A stretch of 64,000 nt of DNA from an uncultured virus (IMG/VR IMGVR_UViG_3300030102_006999) (Duplodnaviria; Heunggongvirae; Uroviricota; Caudoviricetes), in the IMG/VR virus record IMGVR_UViG_3300030102_006999, one strand, 5' to 3'. The position numbers and the translations under genes were made by a program. Of the stretch, positions 9,947 to 18,588 are shown one piece after another. A model generated the notes under the pieces. The model was not told the DNA's origin and did no database searches. It worked only from the letters and a program-made list of their open reading frames with translations. Each line of letters starts with the position of its first letter. The first letter of the stretch is position 1.

Positions 9947-10456
9947 ATGGCTACAACATTAGAAATCATCCAAGGAATCAACCAAGCAGCAGCTAATGCT
10001 TATGACGGTGCTCATGACGAGAGATTCGTCGATGGTGAAGCAAAAGTAATCGGCTTGAACCGAGAAGAAGGATGTCCAATCATGGACAGCCGAGTATCTG
10101 ATGGCTTTGGAGTAAAAATCATCGGTAACATGCTTCAAATTAACTATGAGGCAAATATTAAGCTGAGTGATGTTTACGCTCGCGGATTCGAAGAAGAGTG
10201 CGAAAGAAAGCTTTTTGCAATTGCAGACTTCCTTAAAAAAGAATACAAAACAATCACAGGTAATACCCTATCTTTGACACCAGAAGGTGAATGCCACTGT
10301 ATTGTGCAAAATACCTCAAGAGTTCGAACTTTTGTAATGTGTCATAAACTCTTCGCCATTGGCGGGATGACAGGAGTTGAATCTCTTGGCGAAGGAATCA
10401 CTGATCCGATTGATGTAAAATACCAAAAGTTTTTAAAAGAAGGCACTTTTAAATAA
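9947..10456 (+). CDS. Hypothetical protein
   Basis: 169-aa ORF with SD AAGGA, immediately before terminase. Confidence 0.7.
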   Translation: MATTLEIIQGINQAAANAYDGAHDERFVDGEAKVIGLNREEGCPIMDSRVSDGFGVKIIGNMLQINYEANIKLSDVYARGFEEECERKLFAIADFLKKEYKTITGNTLSLTPEGECHCIVQNTSRVRTFVMCHKLFAIGGMTGVESLGEGITDPIDVKYQKFLKEGTFK

Positions 10457-10463
10457 GTGAATA

Positions 10464-12053
10464 ATGTCTTACAAATTATCTAAAAAAGAGATAGTAAAAG
10501 AAATAGTAAAATGCGGCAAAGATCCTGTTTATTTTACTAATAATTACGCTAGAATATCTCACCCAATCAAGGGTCTGATACCGTTTAAAACATACGACTA
10601 TCAGGCTGATTTGCTGCAGGATTTCAACGATTATCGTTTTAACGTAATCTTAAAAGCACGACAGCTAGGTATTTCTACAATTGCAGCTGCATACATTGTG
10701 TGGCTTATGTTGTTTTACCGTGACAAAAACATCCTTGTAATGGCTACTAAGTTTGCAACGGCCGCAAACCTAGTTAAAAAAGTCAAAGCCATCATGAAAA
10801 ACTTGCCAGAATGGCTAGTTTTAGCAGAAATATCAATTGACAATAGGGCCTCATTTGAGTTATCAAACGGCTCACAAATCAAAGCTACTTCGACTTCCGG
10901 AGACGCGGGCCGTTCAGAGGCACTATCTCTCTTGGTTATTGACGAAGCCGCCCACGTAGACAACTTAGATGAATTATGGGCTGGTTTGTATCCCACAATT
11001 TCTACTGGTGGCCGTTGCATCGCCTTGAGTACCCCGAATGGTGTTGGTAACTGGTTTCATAAAACTTATATTGAAGCAGATGAGGGCGCAAACGATTTCC
11101 ATCCAGTAAACTTGCCTTGGGATGTTCATCCAGAAAGAGATCAGGCTTGGTTTGAAAAAGAAACAAGAAATATGTCAAGAAGAGAGATTGCTCAAGAGCT
11201 TGAGTGCAATTTTAATACTTCTGGAGACAGTGTAATCCATCCGGACGATATTGCTTGGATCGAAGCTAACGCCACAGAGCCTAAATATAGGACAGGGTTT
11301 GATAGAAATCTTTGGATATGGGAAGAATACAGCCCAGAGTGCACCTATTTGTTAGTTGCTGATGTTGCACGAGGCGACGGCGCAGACTATTCTGTATTTC
11401 ATGTGATCAAATTAGAAACAATGGAAGTTGTAGCAGAATACCAAGGAAAGCCCAATATTGATATGTACTCAAACATCCTGCAATCATCGGGAAAAGAGTA
11501 TGGTAACTGTTTATTGGTAGTGGAAAATGTGGGTATTGGTATATCAGTCCTTGAAAAGCTTATCGACCTAAATTATTCAAATTTATATTACTCTATAAAA
11601 AGTACTCACGAGTTCGTAGATAGTTTCCAAGGAGAATCTAATAACAATGCAGTGCCCGGTTTTACCACTTCTTCAAAAACTAGGCCTCTGATTGTAGCAA
11701 AATTAGAAGAATTCGTAAGAAACAAACTAATTAAGACATATTCGGTTCGTTTTTCAAATGAATTACGAACTTTTATTTGGCATAATGGTAAACCTCAAGC
11801 CATGAGGGGATATAATGATGATTTGATCATGTCTTTGGCAATAGGGTGTTGGATCCGAGATACAGCCCTGACTGTTAACTCAAGAGAAATAGAGTACAAA
11901 AAGGCATGCTTGGGTTCAATAGTAAAAGTTAATACAAAAGTTAATACAACAATCCCCGGAATGGAAGGGTACAATAAAAAACAGACATTAGACGAAAAAC
12001 TGTTTAAAACAAAAGAAGACTACAAGAACTATTCTTGGTTGATAAAAGGATAA
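10464..12053 (+). CDS. Terminase large subunit (gp17-like)
   Basis: DPVYF, KARQLGIST (Walker A), LVIDEAAH, STPNG, QELEC; nuclease motifs ADVARG and DDLIMS. Confidence 0.96.
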   Translation: MSYKLSKKEIVKEIVKCGKDPVYFTNNYARISHPIKGLIPFKTYDYQADLLQDFNDYRFNVILKARQLGISTIAAAYIVWLMLFYRDKNILVMATKFATAANLVKKVKAIMKNLPEWLVLAEISIDNRASFELSNGSQIKATSTSGDAGRSEALSLLVIDEAAHVDNLDELWAGLYPTISTGGRCIALSTPNGVGNWFHKTYIEADEGANDFHPVNLPWDVHPERDQAWFEKETRNMSRREIAQELECNFNTSGDSVIHPDDIAWIEANATEPKYRTGFDRNLWIWEEYSPECTYLLVADVARGDGADYSVFHVIKLETMEVVAEYQGKPNIDMYSNILQSSGKEYGNCLLVVENVGIGISVLEKLIDLNYSNLYYSIKSTHEFVDSFQGESNNNAVPGFTTSSKTRPLIVAKLEEFVRNKLIKTYSVRFSNELRTFIWHNGKPQAMRGYNDDLIMSLAIGCWIRDTALTVNSREIEYKKACLGSIVKVNTKVNTTIPGMEGYNKKQTLDEKLFKTKEDYKNYSWLIKG

Positions 12054-12056
12054 AAG

Positions 12057-14027
12057 ATGGCAGATAGAAACAAAAACCCCAATAACCCACAATCAGAGTT
12101 ATTTCGCAGATTAACTAGATTATTCTCTGGACCTATTGTCAACTGGCGAACCCAGATGAACAGGAAGATCAATAGAACTTCTTTGGACAAATATGCAACA
12201 CAATTCAAGTCTGCATCAGGACAACAGTTTAGAAAATCAGAGTATAGTCCTTTTGACGTTATGCATTCCAAAATCATGGCGCAACAGAACCGCGCGGAAA
12301 GATATGTGGATTACGATCAGATGGAATATATGCCAGAGATTGCTTCTGCTCTAGATATTTATGCTGATGAAATGACAACTCATTCATCTCTTAGCCCTAT
12401 GTTGAATATTGATTGTCCAAATGAGGAAATTAAGGCTGTCCTACAATCACTTTACGTCAACGTTTTGAACTTAGAGCACAATCTATTTGGATGGTGTCGT
12501 TCTATGTGTAAGTTTGGCGATTTTATGCTTTATCTTGACATTGATGATAGGATCGGAATCAAATCAGTGGTTTCATTACCTTTGAGAGAAGTTGAGAGAA
12601 TGGAAGGTGAGGACCCTACGAATCCCAACTATGTTCAATATCAGTGGAACTCGGCCGGAATGACTTTCGAAAACTGGCAGATAGCACATTTTAGAATTTT
12701 AGGGAATGATAAGTATGCTCCCTATGGAACATCGGTTCTTGATCCATCCCGACGTATCTGGAGACAACTGGTCTTGATGGAAGACGCGATGATGGCCTAT
12801 AGAATTGTAAGATCGGCAGAAAGAAGGGTATTTTATATCGATGTTGGTAATATTGCTCCGAATGACGTTGAGCAGTTTGTTCAAAAAACTATTACATCAA
12901 TGAAGAGAAATCAAGTTGTGGATGCAAATACTGGACGCGTCGATTTAAGATACAATCCTTTATCTGTAGAGGAAGACTATTTTATTCCAACTCGCGGTGG
13001 AGAAAACTCTAAAATTGAGACGCTCCCGGGAGGACAGTTTACTGGCGACATCGATGATGTGAAATACCTTAGAGATAAAATGTTTTCAGCTTTAAAGATT
13101 CCACCAGCATATCTTTCCAGCGATTCAGAATCAAATGAAGATAAAACAACTCTCGCTCAAAAAGATGTTCGTTTTGCAAGAACAATTCAGCGATTACAGA
13201 GATCTATTATCACAGAACTAGAAAAAGTAGGTATCATACATCTTTATACTTTAGGTTTTCGCGGCGATGACTTAGTAAGTTTCAGATTAAAGCTTAATAA
13301 TCCTTCAAAAATTGCTGAACTTCAAGATCTTGAGGAGTGGAAAACACGCTTTGAAATTGCTTCCGGCGCCACAGAAAACTTTTTCTCTCGTCGCTGGATT
13401 TCCAAAAATCTTTTTAACCTTTCGGAAGAAGAATTTATTAGAAACCAAAGAGAGATGTTCCATGACAGAAGGTTCGAATCAGAACTTAATGCTACTGCCG
13501 AGGCTGCAGCCAACGATACTGCTGCTGCTTTAAGCAGCGGCACAAGCGACTTAGGAACTCCCGACGCCGGGGACCTCGGCGCAGATTTAGGTCTTGATAA
13601 CACAGATGCAGTCTCCGACACAGCAACCCCTGACACAGCAACCCCAGAACCTGCTGCGGAACCCGCCGCTGGAGGCGATGAAGGGCCCCTTCTCGATGTC
13701 CCAGCAAAAAGAGATGATAGAGACCGAAGAACTACTCCAAAGTCTCAAACAGCGGCTGCTAAAGGCAAAAAATATGTTTCAAAGTCGAAAAGAGGCGGAG
13801 ACGGTAGAAATGGAAGAATACAGAACTACACAGGTATTGCAATTCCAAAACCAAAAGACATTATTCCCGGCATGTCAGATCTAAAAAGCTATTCTCGTGG
13901 TATTTACGAAACAAAGGGCACTAATTACAGCGAAGAAGCCATTTTATTTGAGGCGAGTACAGAAGTTAGAAACTTGCTTGAAGAATTAGAAAAATCGGAG
14001 ATCAAAGTAAATGAAAATGAAGCATAA
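12057..14027 (+). CDS. Portal protein (gp20-like) with low-complexity C-terminal extension
   Basis: PEIASALDIYADE, MEDAMMAYRIVRSAERRVFYIDVGN, EEDYFIPTRG, IETLPGG, YLRDKMFSALKIP. Confidence 0.96.
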   Translation: MADRNKNPNNPQSELFRRLTRLFSGPIVNWRTQMNRKINRTSLDKYATQFKSASGQQFRKSEYSPFDVMHSKIMAQQNRAERYVDYDQMEYMPEIASALDIYADEMTTHSSLSPMLNIDCPNEEIKAVLQSLYVNVLNLEHNLFGWCRSMCKFGDFMLYLDIDDRIGIKSVVSLPLREVERMEGEDPTNPNYVQYQWNSAGMTFENWQIAHFRILGNDKYAPYGTSVLDPSRRIWRQLVLMEDAMMAYRIVRSAERRVFYIDVGNIAPNDVEQFVQKTITSMKRNQVVDANTGRVDLRYNPLSVEEDYFIPTRGGENSKIETLPGGQFTGDIDDVKYLRDKMFSALKIPPAYLSSDSESNEDKTTLAQKDVRFARTIQRLQRSIITELEKVGIIHLYTLGFRGDDLVSFRLKLNNPSKIAELQDLEEWKTRFEIASGATENFFSRRWISKNLFNLSEEEFIRNQREMFHDRRFESELNATAEAAANDTAAALSSGTSDLGTPDAGDLGADLGLDNTDAVSDTATPDTATPEPAAEPAAGGDEGPLLDVPAKRDDRDRRTTPKSQTAAAKGKKYVSKSKRGGDGRNGRIQNYTGIAIPKPKDIIPGMSDLKSYSRGIYETKGTNYSEEAILFEASTEVRNLLEELEKSEIKVNENEA

Positions 14028-14832
14028 TAAAAAGCGCAACACCGCTTTTATATTCGAAGTCTTAATCAGAGAATTGACAAAGAGCATTGTTGAGCAAGAT
14101 AATCAAAAAAAATCTCTTATTATGAAGATGATAAAAGAAAACTTTAAAGGTAATACTCTTCTGGCTAAAGATTTAGAAATTTACAAGATGATTCTTGAGA
14201 CAAAAGAAGTGGAAAGAGTTGTGGCGGAAAAACTCGTTTATGAAGCCAGAATCTTAAAGTCTTCAATTAACCACAAAAGCCTTTTTGAAGAGCAGGGACA
14301 ACTTATCGAAGATATTAACAAGTATATATCACCAGAAGTTTTTAATAACTTCGTACCAAACTATAAAGATTTAGCAACCGTTTTTCAGATTTTTCACCCA
14401 AAAACTAAAGCAAAACAGAGAGTCTTGCTAGAAAACCAAATGGTCGGAAAAATGCTTTCCGCACAAGAAAAAGAAAAGGAACTTTTAAAGCCTATTGATA
14501 ACTTGACTTACAAGACGTTTGTTAAGAAGTTTAACGAAAAATATAACGATTCACTTCTTGAAGAACAAAAAAGTCTTCTAAAAACTTATATTAGCTCCTT
14601 TTCTGACAATGGAATTGATCTTAAGGTATTCTTGAGCGATGAACTTCCGAGACTAAAAGAGGCGCTTGAAAAATCTTTACAATTTCAAGAAGTCAATACG
14701 GACCAATCTATGAAGGAAGGCACCGAAAAAGTATTGAATATGATCGAAAGCATGAAAAAGAGAAATATTGACAATACTTTTATCCACGATGTTTTGAAGA
14801 TTCAAAATCTCGTTAGGGAGATAGAAAGTTGA
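14011..14832 (+). CDS. Hypothetical head-region protein
   Basis: 273-aa ORF (KHNKKRNTAFIFEVL) overlapping the portal end; ACTAATTA at 13920. Confidence 0.7.
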   Translation: MKMKHNKKRNTAFIFEVLIRELTKSIVEQDNQKKSLIMKMIKENFKGNTLLAKDLEIYKMILETKEVERVVAEKLVYEARILKSSINHKSLFEEQGQLIEDINKYISPEVFNNFVPNYKDLATVFQIFHPKTKAKQRVLLENQMVGKMLSAQEKEKELLKPIDNLTYKTFVKKFNEKYNDSLLEEQKSLLKTYISSFSDNGIDLKVFLSDELPRLKEALEKSLQFQEVNTDQSMKEGTEKVLNMIESMKKRNIDNTFIHDVLKIQNLVREIES

Positions 14833-15386
14833 AAACTGATATTATTGTAAGAGTGGGCAAAAAACAAAAAACTCGACTCAACATCGAGCTTGAGGCTCGT
14901 AAAAGTCTGGATGGAAACATTTTGATTTTCGACCACAAAGAGATCGATATTGTTCTAATGCCTAGTAAAAGAAAGATCGTCACATTTGCTAAAGAAGAAA
15001 TTAGTGACGCAGTTTATGAAGTTCAAAATAGGCTTTTTAACTTTCTCAAAAAGAAGGGTGTCGTAGAATACGAATCCATCAAAGGTGGCAGTGTTTATGG
15101 TTCCATTGAGGCTCTTATTTGTGAAACAAAAGATCCAGAGATCAGCGTAAACGATTATGCTTTGTATGGTATTTATAATTTCTTGAAAGAAGAAGCCCCT
15201 TACTACAATTATATCGAAGATTATGAAAAAATGCTTGATGATTATTATACTCACCCAACACAAGAAGACTCTACCGAGCTTGGAGAGGTGCCACAAGCAA
15301 CTGAAAAGGGATCAATCAAGCCCGGATACACTTATGAACCATACTGGATGAGCTATATGCTCGAAGGAAAAGACAAGGAAAAGTAA
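14829..15386 (+). CDS. Hypothetical protein
   Basis: 185-aa ORF, TTG start overlapping the upstream stop. Confidence 0.65.
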   Translation: MKTDIIVRVGKKQKTRLNIELEARKSLDGNILIFDHKEIDIVLMPSKRKIVTFAKEEISDAVYEVQNRLFNFLKKKGVVEYESIKGGSVYGSIEALICETKDPEISVNDYALYGIYNFLKEEAPYYNYIEDYEKMLDDYYTHPTQEDSTELGEVPQATEKGSIKPGYTYEPYWMSYMLEGKDKEK

Positions 15387-15688
15387 TGTCACTTTTATTT
15401 TTTATTTTAACTGCTCACGGCTTGACTCAATTATTGTGCCACGGCAAGATTTTTGATAGAATTAGACCAAATGGGTATTTCTGGACATGCTCGATGTGTA
15501 TGGGGTTCTGGGTAGGTGTATTTTTATGTGCCATTAGCCCTCTTACTGAACTATTTACATTTGAAATGAAAGTTTTAAACTTATTTATCTGTGGATGGAT
15601 TAGTTCTGGCACTTCATATGCCTTAGATAAACTCTTCGGGGACATGGGTCTAAGGCTAAACACAAACGGAGGAAGTTGTGATGTTTAG
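15386..15688 (+). CDS. Small membrane protein with CxxC (DUF1360-like)
   Basis: Three hydrophobic segments; TCSMCMGFWVG motif. Confidence 0.55.
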   Translation: MSLLFFILTAHGLTQLLCHGKIFDRIRPNGYFWTCSMCMGFWVGVFLCAISPLTELFTFEMKVLNLFICGWISSGTSYALDKLFGDMGLRLNTNGGSCDV

Positions 15689-15734
15689 AAGATGGATGCT
15701 TCGCGGCGTTAGGCGCTGCAAAAATGGTTGTTGA
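15681..15734 (+). CDS. 17-aa Arg/Cys-rich microprotein MFRRWMLRGVRRCKNGC
   Basis: SD GGAGG at 15668-15672, ATG 15681, TGA 15732-15734; fills the gap before the protease gene. Confidence 0.45.
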   Translation: MFRRWMLRGVRRCKNGC

Positions 15735-15756
15735 CTACTTTAAGAGGAATTAAAAA

Positions 15757-16371
15757 ATGTCAAAAGTATTATTAAGAGAATATTATGCTCTTTGTGAAGG
15801 TGGTGTATGTCAAGATTTGCTCACCGAAGCCGAAAAAAGAGATATTAAAGAAAATAACGCAATGTATTTAACCGGACTTATGCAACAATGCGATGTGCAG
15901 AACGGCAATGGCCGCGTGTACCCGGAAAAGGTTCTTATGAGAGAGGTCAAGAACTACCAAAAGCTTGTAAAAGAAAAAAGAGCATTAGGAGAACTAGACC
16001 ACCCAGATGACTCTGTTATCAATTTGAAAAATGCAAGCCACATGGTTACAAACATTTGGGCTGACGGTCCGAAAGTTATGGGTACTGTCAAGGTTCTATC
16101 AACCCCGGCAGGAAATATCCTTAAATCCCTTGTAGATAGCGGGTGCCAGCTAGGAATTTCATCTCGCGGTCTTGGTTCTGTTAGAGAATCGATGAATGGT
16201 GTTGTCGTTGAGGACGATTTTCAGCTTATTTGTTTTGATTTCGTTTCAGAACCAAGCACACCAAATGCATTTATGAACTTGCAAGAAGGCAAGCAATACA
16301 AAGAACCGAACATTTTTACCAAAGCCGATAGAATTAATCGAGCTTTGAATGATATTTTGGGTGATAAATGA
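15757..16371 (+). CDS. Prohead (head maturation) protease, gp21-like
   Basis: NGNGRVYP, ALGELDHP, SHMVT, TPAG, LGISSRGLGS, FDFVSEPSTPNAF. Confidence 0.96.
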   Translation: MSKVLLREYYALCEGGVCQDLLTEAEKRDIKENNAMYLTGLMQQCDVQNGNGRVYPEKVLMREVKNYQKLVKEKRALGELDHPDDSVINLKNASHMVTNIWADGPKVMGTVKVLSTPAGNILKSLVDSGCQLGISSRGLGSVRESMNGVVVEDDFQLICFDFVSEPSTPNAFMNLQEGKQYKEPNIFTKADRINRALNDILGDK

Positions 16372-16784
16372 AAAAACAAGAACTACAAAAAATCTTAAAG
16401 CCCCTTATCAAAGAGTGTATTAAAGAAGTAATCTTTGAAGAGGGAGTTTTGTCAAGTTTAATCAAAGAAGTGGCAGTCGGTATCGGTTCTCAACAAACAA
16501 TCGTCGAGGCAAGAGTTGAAGAGCCTACACAAGACTTCTCAAGACAAGCAGTACAACTTCAAGAAGAACAAAGATTGGCACTTGAAGAAAGAAAAAGAAA
16601 AATAGAAGAATCAATTGGTTTAGGATCCATCCTAGAGGGAGTCGAACCCTTGGCCAGTGGTGGAACTCCCGGAGAACCTTCTTCTAATAGCCCGCTGTCT
16701 GGATACGCAGCAAATGACCCCGGTGTAGACATCAGCGGCCTTATGGCTCTTGCTGGTGGTCAAAACTGGAAAAAAATGATTTAA
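16368..16784 (+). CDS. Hypothetical head-region protein (LIKECIKEVIFEE leader)
   Basis: 138-aa ORF coupled to the protease gene; ends DPGVDISGL. Confidence 0.65.
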   Translation: MKKQELQKILKPLIKECIKEVIFEEGVLSSLIKEVAVGIGSQQTIVEARVEEPTQDFSRQAVQLQEEQRLALEERKRKIEESIGLGSILEGVEPLASGGTPGEPSSNSPLSGYAANDPGVDISGLMALAGGQNWKKMI

Positions 16785-16799
16785 TTATTTGGAGCAATA

Positions 16800-17078
16800 A
16801 TGTCTAAAAAACCCGTAAACCTCTCTGAAAAGCCGAGAGGAAAACATGATAATGAAGCTAGGATGATCCGCCGCTTCATGAAAAAAATGAAAAAGTATAA
16901 AGTTTTAGAAGGATATAGAGAAAAGCAATATTTCGAAAAGCCCTCTGAAAAAAGAAGAAATCAGGCTAAGAAAAGGCAAAAGGTTATTGATAAGCTTAAG
17001 GCAGAAGAGAAGCGCTATAACGAAGTTGATTTTGACAAGTTGCCTTCTCCAAAGAAAAAAAGAAAAACTAGAAGATAA
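16800..17078 (+). CDS. rpsU: Ribosomal protein bS21 homologue
   Basis: Very basic; RMIRRFMKKMKKYKVLEGYREKQYFEKPSEKRR matches the bS21 pattern LRRFK...R.R.YYEKPS.KR. Confidence 0.85.
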   Translation: MSKKPVNLSEKPRGKHDNEARMIRRFMKKMKKYKVLEGYREKQYFEKPSEKRRNQAKKRQKVIDKLKAEEKRYNEVDFDKLPSPKKKRKTRR

Positions 17079-17089
17079 GTTTTTTAAAA

Positions 17090-17099
17090 ACTATTTATA
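17090..17099 (+). promoter_or_regulatory. Putative late promoter ACTATTTA(TA)
   Basis: Intergenic; the same octamer precedes many structural genes. Confidence 0.6.
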
Positions 17100-17121
17100 G
17101 TGAAACAGGAGTTTTTAATTA

Positions 17122-17502
17122 ATGTCCACATATTATCAACATTCAGTTGGCTTATACAACGTTGGATCATATCAGGCATCCGGTTCTCCTTTTGTTACCG
17201 GATCTGCTGGTTTGACTGGTGTTATGAAGATAGAATTTCCAACTGTCACTAAATCAATCACTTTTCATGAAATAAGCAATACAGATTCGATCTTTTTCTA
17301 TTTCAATGAAAACGCAACAGAGCTAAATAAATTTGAAATAGATAATAGTGCTCAAGATCACCCTTATTTAACTATTGATGTAAAGTGTAAAGAAATTTTC
17401 GTCTCCTCTTCGGCAGGTAATGCTTTTAGGATCTATGCTTCTTTGACAGGAATTGACGCTTCAAAAATGTATCCATTGACAGGATCAGGTATCACAGAAT
17501 AA
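17122..17502 (+). CDS. Putative small virion (decoration-type) protein
   Basis: 126 aa, beta-rich, GxxNVGSYQxSGxPF and LTGSGI motifs, late motif upstream. Confidence 0.5.
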   Translation: MSTYYQHSVGLYNVGSYQASGSPFVTGSAGLTGVMKIEFPTVTKSITFHEISNTDSIFFYFNENATELNKFEIDNSAQDHPYLTIDVKCKEIFVSSSAGNAFRIYASLTGIDASKMYPLTGSGITE

Positions 17503-17551
17503 TCATTTATAAATTGGATTTTATAAAATAGTTCTTTTTATGTTTTTACGA

Positions 17552-17559
17552 ACTATTTA
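17552..17559 (+). promoter_or_regulatory. Putative late promoter ACTATTTA before scaffold/capsid
   Basis: Intergenic, 31 nt before ATG 17591. Confidence 0.6.
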
Positions 17560-17590
17560 TTTTTGAACCAATTTATAAGGGGAAACTTTC

Positions 17591-18586
17591 ATGTCTTCAT
17601 TGTTAGAACAGGCGATTATCGACGCAGCTGCCCTGAAAGACGCAGCAATTAAAAACGCCGAGACCGCACTTTTAAATAAATATTCGAATGATATTCGTGA
17701 AGCAGTAGAAAATCTTCTAGAACAAGATGAAGAACAAGCTGGCGCTCCAGAAGCAGATTTTGAGCCAGATATTCCTTTGGCAGCGGCACCAGAAGAGGCC
17801 ATGGCAGAGGAAACAATCGTTTTGGACTTCGAAGATTTAAAAACTATGGCTGAAACCTTGGCAGAAAAAGACCAAGAACTTATTGGAGACGAAGTATCTC
17901 ACGATGCAGCCGCTCCAGAGGGTAGCACCAGACCTCCAGCGCCAGTTAGCGCTGAAGAAGATGTTACCACAACAGAAGTCCCTGTTACTTTAGAAGAGGA
18001 AATCTCTGCTGAAGACCTAGAAGGACTCCTTGAGGAGCTTATCGTTGATATTGTGCCTCAAAAAGAAGGTTGGGTTGGAACTCCCGACTCAATTATGGAT
18101 TATAAAGAAGAGCAAGAACTTGCTCGTCGTGCTGCAACAGAAGCACAAGAACAAATTGAAGCGTTGCAAGATGCAAATAGCGCCCTAACAAATGAGAATG
18201 TTGATCTCAAGGGAAAAAACACAAAGCTTTTGGAAACCTTGCAAACACTTAAAGAACATTTTGATAACGTAAACCTTTCTAATGCTAGATTGGTTTATAC
18301 GAATAAAACTTTGGCTAATGGCTCGTTGAATGGGCAACAAAAATCAAAAATTGTAAAAGCATTATCTGAAGCAAGTTCAATCGAAGAAGCAAAGGTTATT
18401 TTCGAGACTCTAGAAAGCGCAGTGGGAAGTGTTACAGGTAAAGCGCGTCCACAATCACTCCGCGAGACTTTAGAAAGGCCTTCTGCCACTTTACCTAGAA
18501 GAGCGGCTAAAACTGTCGAAAGTCCACAGATGGACAGAATGCAGATTCTAGCCGGAATTAAGAAAACACCAAAGGAGAACAATTAA
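17591..18586 (+). CDS. Prohead core scaffolding protein (gp22-like)
   Basis: Acidic coiled coil directly upstream of the major capsid gene; many L/I-x-E sites; ends RMQILAGI. Confidence 0.75.
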   Translation: MSSLLEQAIIDAAALKDAAIKNAETALLNKYSNDIREAVENLLEQDEEQAGAPEADFEPDIPLAAAPEEAMAEETIVLDFEDLKTMAETLAEKDQELIGDEVSHDAAAPEGSTRPPAPVSAEEDVTTTEVPVTLEEEISAEDLEGLLEELIVDIVPQKEGWVGTPDSIMDYKEEQELARRAATEAQEQIEALQDANSALTNENVDLKGKNTKLLETLQTLKEHFDNVNLSNARLVYTNKTLANGSLNGQQKSKIVKALSEASSIEEAKVIFETLESAVGSVTGKARPQSLRETLERPSATLPRRAAKTVESPQMDRMQILAGIKKTPKENN

Positions 18587-18588
18587 AA

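Noticed and set aside
15729..15743. Selenocysteine read-through (GC-TGA-LL) in the microprotein
   Set aside because: No SECIS-like hairpin follows the TGA; the next gene's SD lies immediately downstream.
17090..17099. T4 late promoter TATAAATA driving minus-strand genes
   Set aside because: No credible minus-strand ORFs; the motif consistently sits just upstream of + strand RBSs.
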